64,000 bases of DNA from assembly GCA_964403585.1 (NCBI GenBank), contig CAYOFQ010000001.1:204456-268455 (forward strand), given 5' to 3'. The notes under the pieces are model-generated. The model saw only the letters and a program-made list of their open reading frames with translations. It made no database searches and was not told where the DNA came from. The translations under genes and the position numbers were made by a program. The stretch is from an uncultured Gammaproteobacteria bacterium. GTDB taxonomy: Bacteria > Patescibacteriota > Microgenomatia > JALYQM01. The stretch's first letter is position 1. Every line of letters starts with the position of its first letter. Positions 38,149 through 46,773 of this stretch are shown piece after piece.

Positions 38149-39660
38149 ATGGAACAAAAAACAGACGTACTCATACTCGGAGCCGGTGTTGCGGGGCTTG
38201 CTGCCGGCCACGAATTAACTAAAAAATCAGAGAAAAAGGTAACTATTGTCGAAAAGAATCCGTACGTCGGAGGTTTAGCCGTAACACTTAAAAAAAACGG
38301 CTTTGCCTTCGATTCCGGTCCCCACCGCTGGTTCACCAAGTCCGATGAAATTAATCAGTGGCTCAGAGACCTGCTAAAAGACGAATTAGTCGATGTCAAT
38401 CGCTTAACCCGTATCTATTATAAAGGCAAATACTATTATTATCCTTTAAAACCCATGAATGCCCTGAAAAATCTCGGTATTTTTAATGCACTCTGGGCAG
38501 TATCTTCGTATGTCTGGGTTCGTATTAAGTTAAAAACCGGACTCCGCAAAAAAGAAGTCAACAACATCGCCGACGCGTACATCAACCAGTTCGGATACAA
38601 ACTCTATTATGAATTCTTTCATTTTTATACTGAAAAATTATGGGGAAGAAAAACTACCGAGCTTTCCGGCGATTGGGCTTCCCAGCGTTCCAAAGGCCTT
38701 TCCATCTGGTCGGCGGTCAAAGACTCACTCGTAAAATCCAAAAATGTGATTAGTTTAATAGATAAATTCATGTATCCGAAATCCGGATTTGGCCGTATCG
38801 CTGAAAAAATGGAAGAAGATATTTTGGCCAAGCCGCAAAACAGCATCTCTCTTTCACAGGATGTTACCAAAATTGAATGGACCGAAGTGAATGGCGAGAA
38901 ACGCATTGTCGCAATAACCGTCACACCGACTGCTAAAGATCAAATTCATGACAAAGATATCACCATCAGTAATAAAGAGTTAAAAGAACCGTTGGCTGCC
39001 CAAGGTAGTGAAACCCGCATTGAAGCCGAGAGTGTCATCTCCAGTATGCCGATTACCGAACTGATTATCCGCATGGACCCGCCGGCACCCAAAGAAGTTG
39101 CCGATGCCGCCCACGGATTATCCTTCCGCGATGAGGTTCAGGTGACACTTATGATCAACAAAGCGCACTTTACTCCGGATAACTGGGTATATACCCAGGA
39201 TTCCAAACTCATTTTCGTGCGTTTAATGGAAATGGATTCCTGGACCGAGGGACTTTCGGCCGAAGGCACAACTTCCATAGTTTTTGAGTTAGCCTGTCAG
39301 GAGGGCGATGAGACCTGGAATAAGAGTGACGCAGAGTTAGCGGAAATGGTCGCCACAAACTACATCAACGAGTTCCATTATTTTGAAAAAGAAAATATTG
39401 TCGGTTCGTATGTTCACCGGGTCCCCAAGGAATATCCGGTCTATGACATTGGCTATAAAGAAAAAGTGGTGACCTTGAAGAATTATTTAAAAACATTTAA
39501 GAACCTGCAAATCATCGGACGCAACGGAACATTCAAATATAATAATTCTGATCACTCCATTCAGATGGGCTTGTATGCCGCTCGTAATTTAATGGGAGAA
39601 AATTACGATTTGGAAAATATAAATACCGACCGTGCGTATCAGGAGATCAAAAAAGTCTAA
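38149..39660 (+). CDS. FAD-dependent oxidoreductase (Rossmann GxGxxG; amine oxidase / protoporphyrinogen oxidase / Glf-like)
   Basis: DVLILGAGVAGLAAG...VTIVEKNPYVGGLAVT...FDSGPHRWF is an N-terminal FAD-binding fold. Confidence 0.6.
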   Translation: MEQKTDVLILGAGVAGLAAGHELTKKSEKKVTIVEKNPYVGGLAVTLKKNGFAFDSGPHRWFTKSDEINQWLRDLLKDELVDVNRLTRIYYKGKYYYYPLKPMNALKNLGIFNALWAVSSYVWVRIKLKTGLRKKEVNNIADAYINQFGYKLYYEFFHFYTEKLWGRKTTELSGDWASQRSKGLSIWSAVKDSLVKSKNVISLIDKFMYPKSGFGRIAEKMEEDILAKPQNSISLSQDVTKIEWTEVNGEKRIVAITVTPTAKDQIHDKDITISNKELKEPLAAQGSETRIEAESVISSMPITELIIRMDPPAPKEVADAAHGLSFRDEVQVTLMINKAHFTPDNWVYTQDSKLIFVRLMEMDSWTEGLSAEGTTSIVFELACQEGDETWNKSDAELAEMVATNYINEFHYFEKENIVGSYVHRVPKEYPVYDIGYKEKVVTLKNYLKTFKNLQIIGRNGTFKYNNSDHSIQMGLYAARNLMGENYDLENINTDRAYQEIKKV

Positions 39661-39732
39661 TCATTGATAACTAAAAAAAATGCTGTTATAGTAACATCAA
39701 CGTATTATTAGTCCTACCTACGAGGAACTTGT

Positions 39733-40398
39733 ATGAAAAAAATTGCCATGACTGCAATTGCAGTATTACTCCTTACCGCCTGTACTCAAAAGACAGCTAT
39801 GAATCCTACCGCTGCCGACGAGAGTATGGCTAAAAGACCGGAAGTTACTACGACCGCAGCTCCAACCGAAGAGCCGGAAGAAGACAACAGCAATAAAGAA
39901 AGCTCCAATGGTGCGATGTTGCGTGACGGATCATATCAGTTCAAACTCGCTTCTTTGAAAAACTCAGGCCGCGAAGGGTGGGCATATATTAAAGACGATG
40001 GCGGACGCGTAAAGGTAACTTTGAACATGCTTGAAAGCCGCACAGCTACCGCTACTGCGCAACCTGCACATATTCATGTCGGAATGTGTCCGGAACCGGG
40101 TGGAGTTAAATATGTGCTCGGCAACGTTGTTAATGGTAAATCCGAAACACTCTTGCCGCCAGGCATAACACTTGCATCAATTATGACCTTGGCAGAAGGA
40201 ACCGATGGTCTTTCTATCAATGTTCACGCCTCAACAACCGACACGAAGACCTATGTTGCCTGCGGTGACTTAAAATTCAAAAAAGGTCAAGCTATGAACG
40301 ATGGTAAAGCCAGTGGTTCTCCAAAGCCATCACATACCGGCAAAGCTTCACCTTCAACAACAGTTCGAGCCTCTCAAACACCAACAGTTCGTCCATAG
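39733..40398 (+). CDS. lipoprotein with CHRD-like domain
   Basis: Lipobox LLTACTQK; HIH motif AHIHVGMCPEPGGVKYVLGNV resembles the CHRD domain signature; S/T/P-rich tails. Confidence 0.4.
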   Translation: MKKIAMTAIAVLLLTACTQKTAMNPTAADESMAKRPEVTTTAAPTEEPEEDNSNKESSNGAMLRDGSYQFKLASLKNSGREGWAYIKDDGGRVKVTLNMLESRTATATAQPAHIHVGMCPEPGGVKYVLGNVVNGKSETLLPPGITLASIMTLAEGTDGLSINVHASTTDTKTYVACGDLKFKKGQAMNDGKASGSPKPSHTGKASPSTTVRASQTPTVRP

Positions 40399-40444
40399 GC
40401 TACTTCAGTAGCTCAATAAGCAAACTGTATCAACAGAAAAAGGA

Positions 40445-40478
40445 AAAGCTCTTTAGCAATAAAGAGCTTTTTTTGTTG
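40445..40478 (+). terminator. rho-independent terminator
   Basis: Stem AAAGCTCTTT/AAAGAGCTTT with loop AGCAAT, followed by TTTTTTGTTG. Confidence 0.6.
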
Positions 40479-40524
40479 AAGCCGGCATAGTTTCTTGCTA
40501 TAGTAAAAGGGGAAGGATCCGATC

Positions 40525-41022
40525 ATGAAGAAGGGGATACTAATTATCGCAAGTCTGCTTGCATTAACGGCGTGCACCGGTAAGCAAGCCACACCATTAC
40601 CAGCTAATCCGACGACACTGAATAATCTTGGCAAGGTTTCACCTGTAGCGCAGGTAACCCCCGAAGATTTAATTCCCAAAAAGTTACCGCTAACATTCAA
40701 ACTCGAAGCTCAAAATAATTCCAATCAAAATGGCACGATAACCTTTGAAGAAATCGACGGAAAAGTTAATTACAAAATAAGTCTGGAAAACGCCTCCGGC
40801 GAGCAGGTACATATTCATAACGGTTCCTGCCCCACACCGGGAACAGTTCGCTACACGCTAAACTCGCTAACCAATGGAAAAGCTGAAGGGACACTTTCCG
40901 GCCGTATCAATTTAAGTGTCCTAAAAGATATGGGCCAAATGGCGGTCGACGCACACAAACCGAATCAAAAAACCACCGTCTCTTGTGGTAATGTCGACTG
41001 GAAAACCGCGATTAAAGGATAA
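40525..41022 (+). CDS. lipoprotein with CHRD-like domain (paralog of 39733-40398)
   Basis: Lipobox LALTACTGK; VHIHNGSCPTPGTVRYTLNSLTNGKAEGTL is paralogous to the HIH region of the upstream lipoprotein. Confidence 0.4.
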   Translation: MKKGILIIASLLALTACTGKQATPLPANPTTLNNLGKVSPVAQVTPEDLIPKKLPLTFKLEAQNNSNQNGTITFEEIDGKVNYKISLENASGEQVHIHNGSCPTPGTVRYTLNSLTNGKAEGTLSGRINLSVLKDMGQMAVDAHKPNQKTTVSCGNVDWKTAIKG

Positions 41023-41026
41023 AACG

Positions 41027-41098
41027 TACCCTCGGTAGGAATCGAACCTGCATCAACAGCTTAGGACGCCGCTGCTCTATCCGTTGAGCTACGAGGGC
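41027..41098 (-). tRNA. tRNA-Arg (anticodon CCU)
   Basis: Manual fold on the minus strand. It has a 7-bp acceptor, U8, D-arm GCTC/AACGGATA/GAGC, anticodon loop GTCCTAA (CCT) and T-arm GCAGG-TTCGATT-CCTAC, which is close to E. coli argW. CCA is not encoded. There is one T-stem mismatch and a G1-U72 wobble. Confidence 0.6.
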
Positions 41099-41724
41099 TT
41101 AAATAACTCTGATGAACGTATTCGTATCGCAGTTAGCTTTTTTAACAAAGGAGATCCTTTTAGAACCCGAACTCTGCACATACCATAAGGAAGTTTACCA
41201 CTTTTCTTACCTAACTTTACTTCTATTTTTGAAAATTTTTCTGGTGATACCCCTGTGATGGAAGACCAGAAAGCGATACATGATTCTTGATTCAAATCTT
41301 CAAAAACTCGAATACTAACTCGTATTCTATCATATGTAACCCCAAATACCTCTTGAATTCCAGTAATAAATACTTTGATCATGTTAGGGTCGCTATTCAT
41401 GAAATTTAAATCCTTTTTATTTCCCTCCGCCCAATAGAGTGCACTAAGGAAAATAAGTTTTCCTGTTAAGTCCAGATGAGAAATTACCGTTTCGGCTTCT
41501 TGTTTTGCCTTTAATTCGTCTTCCATCTTGCGTCTAATACTCCCGCCTCTTTTTTTATTCCATAGTTCTCTATATTCAGGTAAAATTTCCACACCTTTTA
41601 TATACCTAAAGACCGTTCCATGCCCAATACCTAGTTCTTTCTTTATTTCAGGTAGACTAAACCCTTTTGATCGCATATCTTTGATTTTTTCAATGACATT
41701 CTGATTGAGTTTTTGCTTTCCCAT
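41089..41724 (-). CDS. HTH-domain protein with LAGLIDADG-like endonuclease domain (putative homing-endonuclease-like)
   Basis: Resolvase-type HTH (GFSLPEIKKELGIGHGTVFRYIKG) then LSALYWAEG (LAGLIDADG-like with an acidic residue at position 8); 3' end overlaps the tRNA 5' end by about 10 nt; likely start at Met 41724. Confidence 0.35.
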   Translation of the reverse strand: MGKQKLNQNVIEKIKDMRSKGFSLPEIKKELGIGHGTVFRYIKGVEILPEYRELWNKKRGGSIRRKMEDELKAKQEAETVISHLDLTGKLIFLSALYWAEGNKKDLNFMNSDPNMIKVFITGIQEVFGVTYDRIRVSIRVFEDLNQESCIAFWSSITGVSPEKFSKIEVKLGKKSGKLPYGMCRVRVLKGSPLLKKLTAIRIRSSELFKPS

Positions 41725-41866
41725 AATACCAGAATAATAAATGGAAATAATAATAGCAATACTTAACAAGGACGCATTATCCATTAAAAAACTTGCTCTA
41801 AGAAAAAGTTAATGATATCATTGATATACTGTCTAATTACAACAATAGTATAAAAAAGGAGTTTAT

Positions 41867-42409
41867 ATGGCATCATTAACCACACTCAACGACCTCTTCT
41901 TGGAAGAATTACGGGATATCTACAGTGCTGAAACACAAATTCTTGAAGCGCTGCCTAAAATGGCTGAAAAAGCTACCACCGAAGAATTACGAGATGCCTT
42001 TGAAGAGCATCTCGAACAAACCAAAGAGCATGTAACCCGCCTTGAACAAATTTTTACCGATCTTGACCAAAGCCCAAAGGGCAAAACATGTAAAGGAATG
42101 CAGGGCGCGATCGAAGAAGGAGCCGAAATACTCAAAATGGACGGGAATCCCAGTGTTATCGACGCGGCCCTTATCGGTGCAGCTCAGCGAGTCGAACATT
42201 ATGAAATTGCCGCTTACGGAACAGCTGCCACGCATGCCGAACAGCTGGGATTGGATGATGCGAAAGATTTACTTGGTGAAACTCTCGATGAAGAGAAAGA
42301 AACCGACGAGAAGTTAACTGATATCGCCGAGTCCGCGGTTATTGAAGAAGAGATGGAAGAGGGTGCTGCTGAAGCTGATGATGACGAAGACGAAAACCAG
42401 ACCGAATAG
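41867..42409 (+). CDS. DUF892 family ferritin-like protein (YciE/YciF-like)
   Basis: LFLEELRDIYSAETQILEALPKMAEKATTEELRDAFEEHLEQTKEHVTRLEQIF matches the DUF892 consensus; acidic C-terminal tail; AAAGGAG RBS. Confidence 0.7.
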   Translation: MASLTTLNDLFLEELRDIYSAETQILEALPKMAEKATTEELRDAFEEHLEQTKEHVTRLEQIFTDLDQSPKGKTCKGMQGAIEEGAEILKMDGNPSVIDAALIGAAQRVEHYEIAAYGTAATHAEQLGLDDAKDLLGETLDEEKETDEKLTDIAESAVIEEEMEEGAAEADDDEDENQTE

Positions 42410-43342
42410 TTACGCTTTTTGTCGCATCTCCCAGTACTTCACATAGCTCGAAGCAATATGTAAGGCAGAATAAATGGCCCACACCAGCCCCGGGAAACCG
42501 TCCTTGTATCCGCCATGGCGGAAATACAGCGAGAGAAATGTGATTTTGGGAGCGATAACCATATAGTAAAAATGCGAGAAGAATGATATTCCCGGGGCTT
42601 TTGAATCGGGGCCAAGTAACCCAGACATACCGCTCTTACCGACATTTGCTAACCACTGCTTGGCTTGCAATGAAGTATAAAAATTCGACCGAGTTAAGTA
42701 ACGCTCAAATGCAGGATCTGCCATATGAATAAGATCATGAGAAAGAAACGAAACCTGCCCGTCAATCACCATTTGGTCATGCACATCTTTCAGACCGTAT
42801 TTCGCTCGACCGCGTCGAACTAAACGAATCGTCCCATCCGGATACACGCCACCATGCATGAGATATTTTCCGAGAAAGTAATTCTTGCGGGGCATAAAAA
42901 AAGCCGCAATCGGTCCGTCTTCAGTACCGATATGCCCCTCGCGGGCAATCAGAAGTTCCATATGTCGCTTTAATAGCTCATATCTCGTCGCATCAACATC
43001 ATGATTCTCAAGCTCTTTCTCTGAACTCTCCACAATCTTACGAATTTCCTGGCCCAGTTCGGGAGTTACCCGCTCATCCGCATCCAACTGTAAAATCCAT
43101 TCTCCACTTGAAGCATCCAGGGATTTTTGCTTATTAATATGGAAAACAGGAGGATTATCCGTTTCAATGACCTTCGCTCCGAAAGTTTTAGCTATCTCCA
43201 CAGTCGTATCCGAGCTCCCACCATCAACAATCACTATCTCATCGGCAATAGCCTTAACCGAGTCCAAACAATCCTTCAGATTGCTTTCCTCATTAAAAAC
43301 AGCCAGCGCCACAGTTAATTTGACCGGTTTAGTATCTGTCAT
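42410..43342 (-). CDS. glycosyltransferase family 2
   Basis: LTVALAVFNEESNL...IVIVDGGSSDTT...LQLDADE are GT2 DXD-type motifs. Confidence 0.7.
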   Translation of the reverse strand: MTDTKPVKLTVALAVFNEESNLKDCLDSVKAIADEIVIVDGGSSDTTVEIAKTFGAKVIETDNPPVFHINKQKSLDASSGEWILQLDADERVTPELGQEIRKIVESSEKELENHDVDATRYELLKRHMELLIAREGHIGTEDGPIAAFFMPRKNYFLGKYLMHGGVYPDGTIRLVRRGRAKYGLKDVHDQMVIDGQVSFLSHDLIHMADPAFERYLTRSNFYTSLQAKQWLANVGKSGMSGLLGPDSKAPGISFFSHFYYMVIAPKITFLSLYFRHGGYKDGFPGLVWAIYSALHIASSYVKYWEMRQKA

Positions 43343-43613
43343 AGCACAAAAATTGTACCACCTCTCAGCAATTATGTATAATAACCGAAAGAAGCGAAAC
43401 TTGTTCGCTTTTGCGCAGCTTTCTCAAACTTGTCACTAGCTGCGCAGATGAACTTTTTACGCAGCGAGGACTTCCGCTGGAGGTCGCTGTTTAGAAATAA
43501 GCGACCGAAACTATTATTATGTGCGAGTGAGTGAGCTAAAAGTCATTTAAGGAGCACGGACTGAGCATCCGCAGCAAGTAAAAAGGCATCAATCTAGCGG
43601 CAAAAAATATTTT

Positions 43614-44675
43614 ATGAAAATAGCCATCGACACCTCCCCCTTACACAACCTCAACGCCGCCCGCGGTGTCGGCATGTACACCCGGCAGCTCGTCGAAGGG
43701 CTGTCCAAACTAACCGACGGAAACGAGTACCTGCTGGTAAAAGATGAAGTCGAACTTCAAAAAATAAAACCGGATCTCATCCATTATCCTTTTTTCGACC
43801 TCTTCTTCCGCACCCTGCCTAAAAGAGGGGATCTACCGGTCGTAGTTACCGTGCACGACGTGACGCCATTGGTACTACCCGACCTGTTCCCGCCCGGAAT
43901 TCGGGGGAAAATTAAGCTCTATCTGCAAAAAAAGAATTTACAATCGGTGGACAAAATCATTACCGACTCCCAGTGCTCCAAAAAAGACATTGCCCGGTAT
44001 TTGGATATCCCGTTGGATAAGATTGAAACCGTTTATCTGGCTTGCGATCCGGTCTACCAGCGGGAAACAGACGCTCAAAAGCTGACCGATATCAAAACGA
44101 AGTACAATCTCCCGGAAAAATATATTGTGCGGGTAGGCGATATCAACAAACATAAAAACTTTCATGCCCTGTTTGACGCGTTAACCAGAACCGACCCGGA
44201 TATTCACCTGGTGCTTGTCGGCAAAGCGCTCGGCGAGGACGCACCCATGATCGCCGAACTGCAGGAGATAGTCGAAGATATTCAAAACTTCAGTTTACAA
44301 AAACGGGTTCACAGGCTGGGCTTTGTACCCACTGAAGATATGTCAGCCATCTATACTGCAGCCCGGGCAACTATGCATAATTCATTGTATGAAGGATTTG
44401 GGTTAACTGCTCTAGAGTCCCTGCATTGTGGCACGCCTGTGATTGCCGGGGATACCGGAAGCCAGCCGGAAATTGTCGGTAACGCCGGATTACTCGTCAA
44501 TCCTTACGACGTAAACGAAACAGCCGGTGCTATTGAAGAAATATTTGCGTTTGACGAAGCAGTCTATAAAACATTACAAGAAAAAAGCATACAGCAAGCT
44601 AAAAAATTCTCGCTTGAAAAAATGACTCAGGAAACAGTCGATGTCTATGAATCTCTCCAAAGAAACCGTAATTAA
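43614..44675 (+). CDS. glycosyltransferase family 4
   Basis: EX7E region EGFGLTALESLHCGTPVIAGDTGSQPEIV. Confidence 0.7.
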   Translation: MKIAIDTSPLHNLNAARGVGMYTRQLVEGLSKLTDGNEYLLVKDEVELQKIKPDLIHYPFFDLFFRTLPKRGDLPVVVTVHDVTPLVLPDLFPPGIRGKIKLYLQKKNLQSVDKIITDSQCSKKDIARYLDIPLDKIETVYLACDPVYQRETDAQKLTDIKTKYNLPEKYIVRVGDINKHKNFHALFDALTRTDPDIHLVLVGKALGEDAPMIAELQEIVEDIQNFSLQKRVHRLGFVPTEDMSAIYTAARATMHNSLYEGFGLTALESLHCGTPVIAGDTGSQPEIVGNAGLLVNPYDVNETAGAIEEIFAFDEAVYKTLQEKSIQQAKKFSLEKMTQETVDVYESLQRNRN

Positions 44676-45999
44676 AATTGTCAAACATCCATTTTTTCAG
44701 GGAAGCGCCATTGCTTTTGTCGGATCTTTTGGCGTCAATGCCTTGAGCTATCTGTACAACGTCGTCATCGGTCGAATGCTGGGCGTTGTCGGATACGGTG
44801 AATATTTATCGTTGGTTTCAATTTTATATATCGCTTCTGTGCCATCAAATGTTTTGGGCACTGTCGTAACTAAATATACTGCAATTTTCTCTTCCCATAA
44901 TGAAAATCTGAAGATAAAATCCATGCTTATTAAGATGACTCAGTATTCGTTCATTTTTTCCCTGGCATTTATTCTCATTCTGACTCTATTTCAGAATCAA
45001 ATTATAGCGCAGCTAAAACTAAACCAGTTTTTATCATTGTTTTTAATTGGCCTTATATACACCTTTTCGTTTCCGCAGACAATTTTAAACGGGGCTTTTA
45101 CCGGCTTACAAAAGTTCGTCGCGGCCAGTGTCTATGGAGCAATACTGGTGTCGGTACGAATTATCTTAGCGGTACTTTTTATACTCCTCGGGCTCTATGT
45201 CAATGGAATTCTCTACAGCATGATTCTTTCCGCCATCATGGTCGTTCTTTTATCCTGGATCTCAATCTCCAATAGCATCGACGGAACAAAATTTTCCGTA
45301 CAGCAAAGTCTGCTGCAAGTCGGAGAATTTATCAAAGGAATAATAACGTTTTCACCACAAGCCACGCAGGGACTGATGCTTAATAAGGAATTACTCACCT
45401 TTGCAATGTTCACTGCCTTCAATAACTGGGGACTGGGTAGTTTAGTGCAAACAGACATTATCCTGGCTAAGGCATTTTTAAGCCCATACGATGCCGGGTT
45501 GTACTCTTCACTCGCAATTACCTGCAAAGTTATTCCGTTTTTTACACAACCCCTGGTCATAGTTATGTTCCCGCAAATTGTCCAGCGGGTTGCACAGAAA
45601 AAAAACTTCATGCCGTTATTTGCGGCCGTACTCGGAGTTGTAACACTAGGTGCCGGTTTCGTTACCGCAATATATATATTCTTCCCCCAATTGGTCATTA
45701 CCTTACTGTTCGGAAAAAAATTTCTGGAAGCTGCACCGTATATTGGAATCTTTAGTCTTGCTCAAATGGCCTATGCCATTCTTAACGTCTTCTCTTTCTT
45801 TTTCCTTTCCATCGGGAAAAATAAAACTGCGTCGTTGGTGCTGATTGCTGCAGTAATTCAGGCAATCGGTATTCAACTATTCCATAGTTCCTTAACTCAA
45901 ATTATTATGGTATCAATAGTAGTGATAGGTGGCTGCGTTGCGCTCTATGCGGCGCTAACACTGCAATTCTATTTCAAAACACAAACGCAAAAAGTATGA
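44641..45999 (+). CDS. MOP/PST-family flippase (Wzx-like polysaccharide biosynthesis protein)
   Basis: 452 aa with about 12-14 TM helices and a Wzx/MurJ-like layout; sits between glycosyltransferase genes with overlapping start/stop. Confidence 0.55.
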   Translation: MSMNLSKETVIKIVKHPFFQGSAIAFVGSFGVNALSYLYNVVIGRMLGVVGYGEYLSLVSILYIASVPSNVLGTVVTKYTAIFSSHNENLKIKSMLIKMTQYSFIFSLAFILILTLFQNQIIAQLKLNQFLSLFLIGLIYTFSFPQTILNGAFTGLQKFVAASVYGAILVSVRIILAVLFILLGLYVNGILYSMILSAIMVVLLSWISISNSIDGTKFSVQQSLLQVGEFIKGIITFSPQATQGLMLNKELLTFAMFTAFNNWGLGSLVQTDIILAKAFLSPYDAGLYSSLAITCKVIPFFTQPLVIVMFPQIVQRVAQKKNFMPLFAAVLGVVTLGAGFVTAIYIFFPQLVITLLFGKKFLEAAPYIGIFSLAQMAYAILNVFSFFFLSIGKNKTASLVLIAAVIQAIGIQLFHSSLTQIIMVSIVVIGGCVALYAALTLQFYFKTQTQKV

Positions 46000-46772
46000 A
46001 AATTTCTGTAATTATTCCCGCCTACAGACAACAAAAGACCATCATCGAAGACATGGGACACGTGCAGGATGTCCTTGAGCAGTTGCGTTACGACTACGAA
46101 ATGATTATCGTAAACGACGGAAGTCCGGACAAAACGTATGAGAAATTACAGGAATTCCACGACGAATATGCTAAACCGAAATCAAAAGTAAAAATTCTCA
46201 CGTATAGTAAAAATAGGGGAAAAGGGTACGCGGTACGCTATGGCATTTCTAAAGCCACCGGAGAATATATCGCGTTTATTGACTCGGGAATGGATTTAAA
46301 TCCCAACGGCCTATCCATGTTAATCGAACACCTCGAATGGTATAAAGCGGATATTGTAGTCGGATCCAAAAGACACCCCGCGTCGAAAGTAGAGTACCCG
46401 TTCCTACGCCGCGCCTACAGTTTTGGCTATCAGATGATGTGTGCCATACTTTTTGGGTTGAATGTAAAAGATACCCAGACCGGAATGAAAATTTTCAAAA
46501 GAGAAGTACTTGAGCGGGTTATGCCCCGCATGCTCATCAAAGCCTTTGCTTTTGACATTGAAATGCTCGCTGTAGCTCATCACCTGGGATTCACAAAGAT
46601 CTATGAGGCTCCTGTCGAGTTGCGCCACGATTTCACTAACACCAGTATTAATAAAAAAGTCGTGTTCAATATGCTCTGGGATACGGTTGCAGTGTTTTAT
46701 CGCATGCATATACTGCATTATTACGACGAAAGTAATAAAGAAAACTGGTTACAAAACCAGTTTGAAGAATAA
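45996..46772 (+). CDS. glycosyltransferase family 2, polyprenol-phosphate sugar synthase-like (DPM1/GtrB/ArnC-like)
   Basis: ISVIIPAYRQQKTI...IIVNDGSPDKT...FIDSGMD in a compact 258 aa soluble GT2. Confidence 0.65.
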   Translation: MKISVIIPAYRQQKTIIEDMGHVQDVLEQLRYDYEMIIVNDGSPDKTYEKLQEFHDEYAKPKSKVKILTYSKNRGKGYAVRYGISKATGEYIAFIDSGMDLNPNGLSMLIEHLEWYKADIVVGSKRHPASKVEYPFLRRAYSFGYQMMCAILFGLNVKDTQTGMKIFKREVLERVMPRMLIKAFAFDIEMLAVAHHLGFTKIYEAPVELRHDFTNTSINKKVVFNMLWDTVAVFYRMHILHYYDESNKENWLQNQFEE

Positions 46773-46773
46773 T

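Noticed and set aside
38149-39660. Calling the FAD enzyme UDP-galactopyranose mutase (Glf).
   Set aside because: N-terminal similarity is generic to Rossmann FAD enzymes. The protein is 503 aa and Glf is about 370-400 aa. A specific assignment is not supportable from sequence inspection alone.
40413-40700. 95-aa minus-strand ORF spanning the terminator and the start of the second lipoprotein.
   Set aside because: It overlaps the rho-independent terminator hairpin and the signal-peptide region of a well-supported lipoprotein gene. It has low-complexity composition and is likely spurious.
39733-41022. Cu,Zn-superoxide dismutase identity for the HIH lipoproteins.
   Set aside because: Only a single H-x-H is present. 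The additional His ligands and the disulfide/GDNT motifs of SodC are absent. A CHRD-like assignment fits better but remains tentative.
46603-46773. N-terminal extension of the GT4 ORF overlapping the preceding GT2 gene (ORF track start 46603).
   Set aside because: The extension overlaps the GT2 coding sequence in another frame and has no GT4-like sequence. Met at 46774 lies 2 nt after the GT2 stop and begins a clean GT4 N-terminus.
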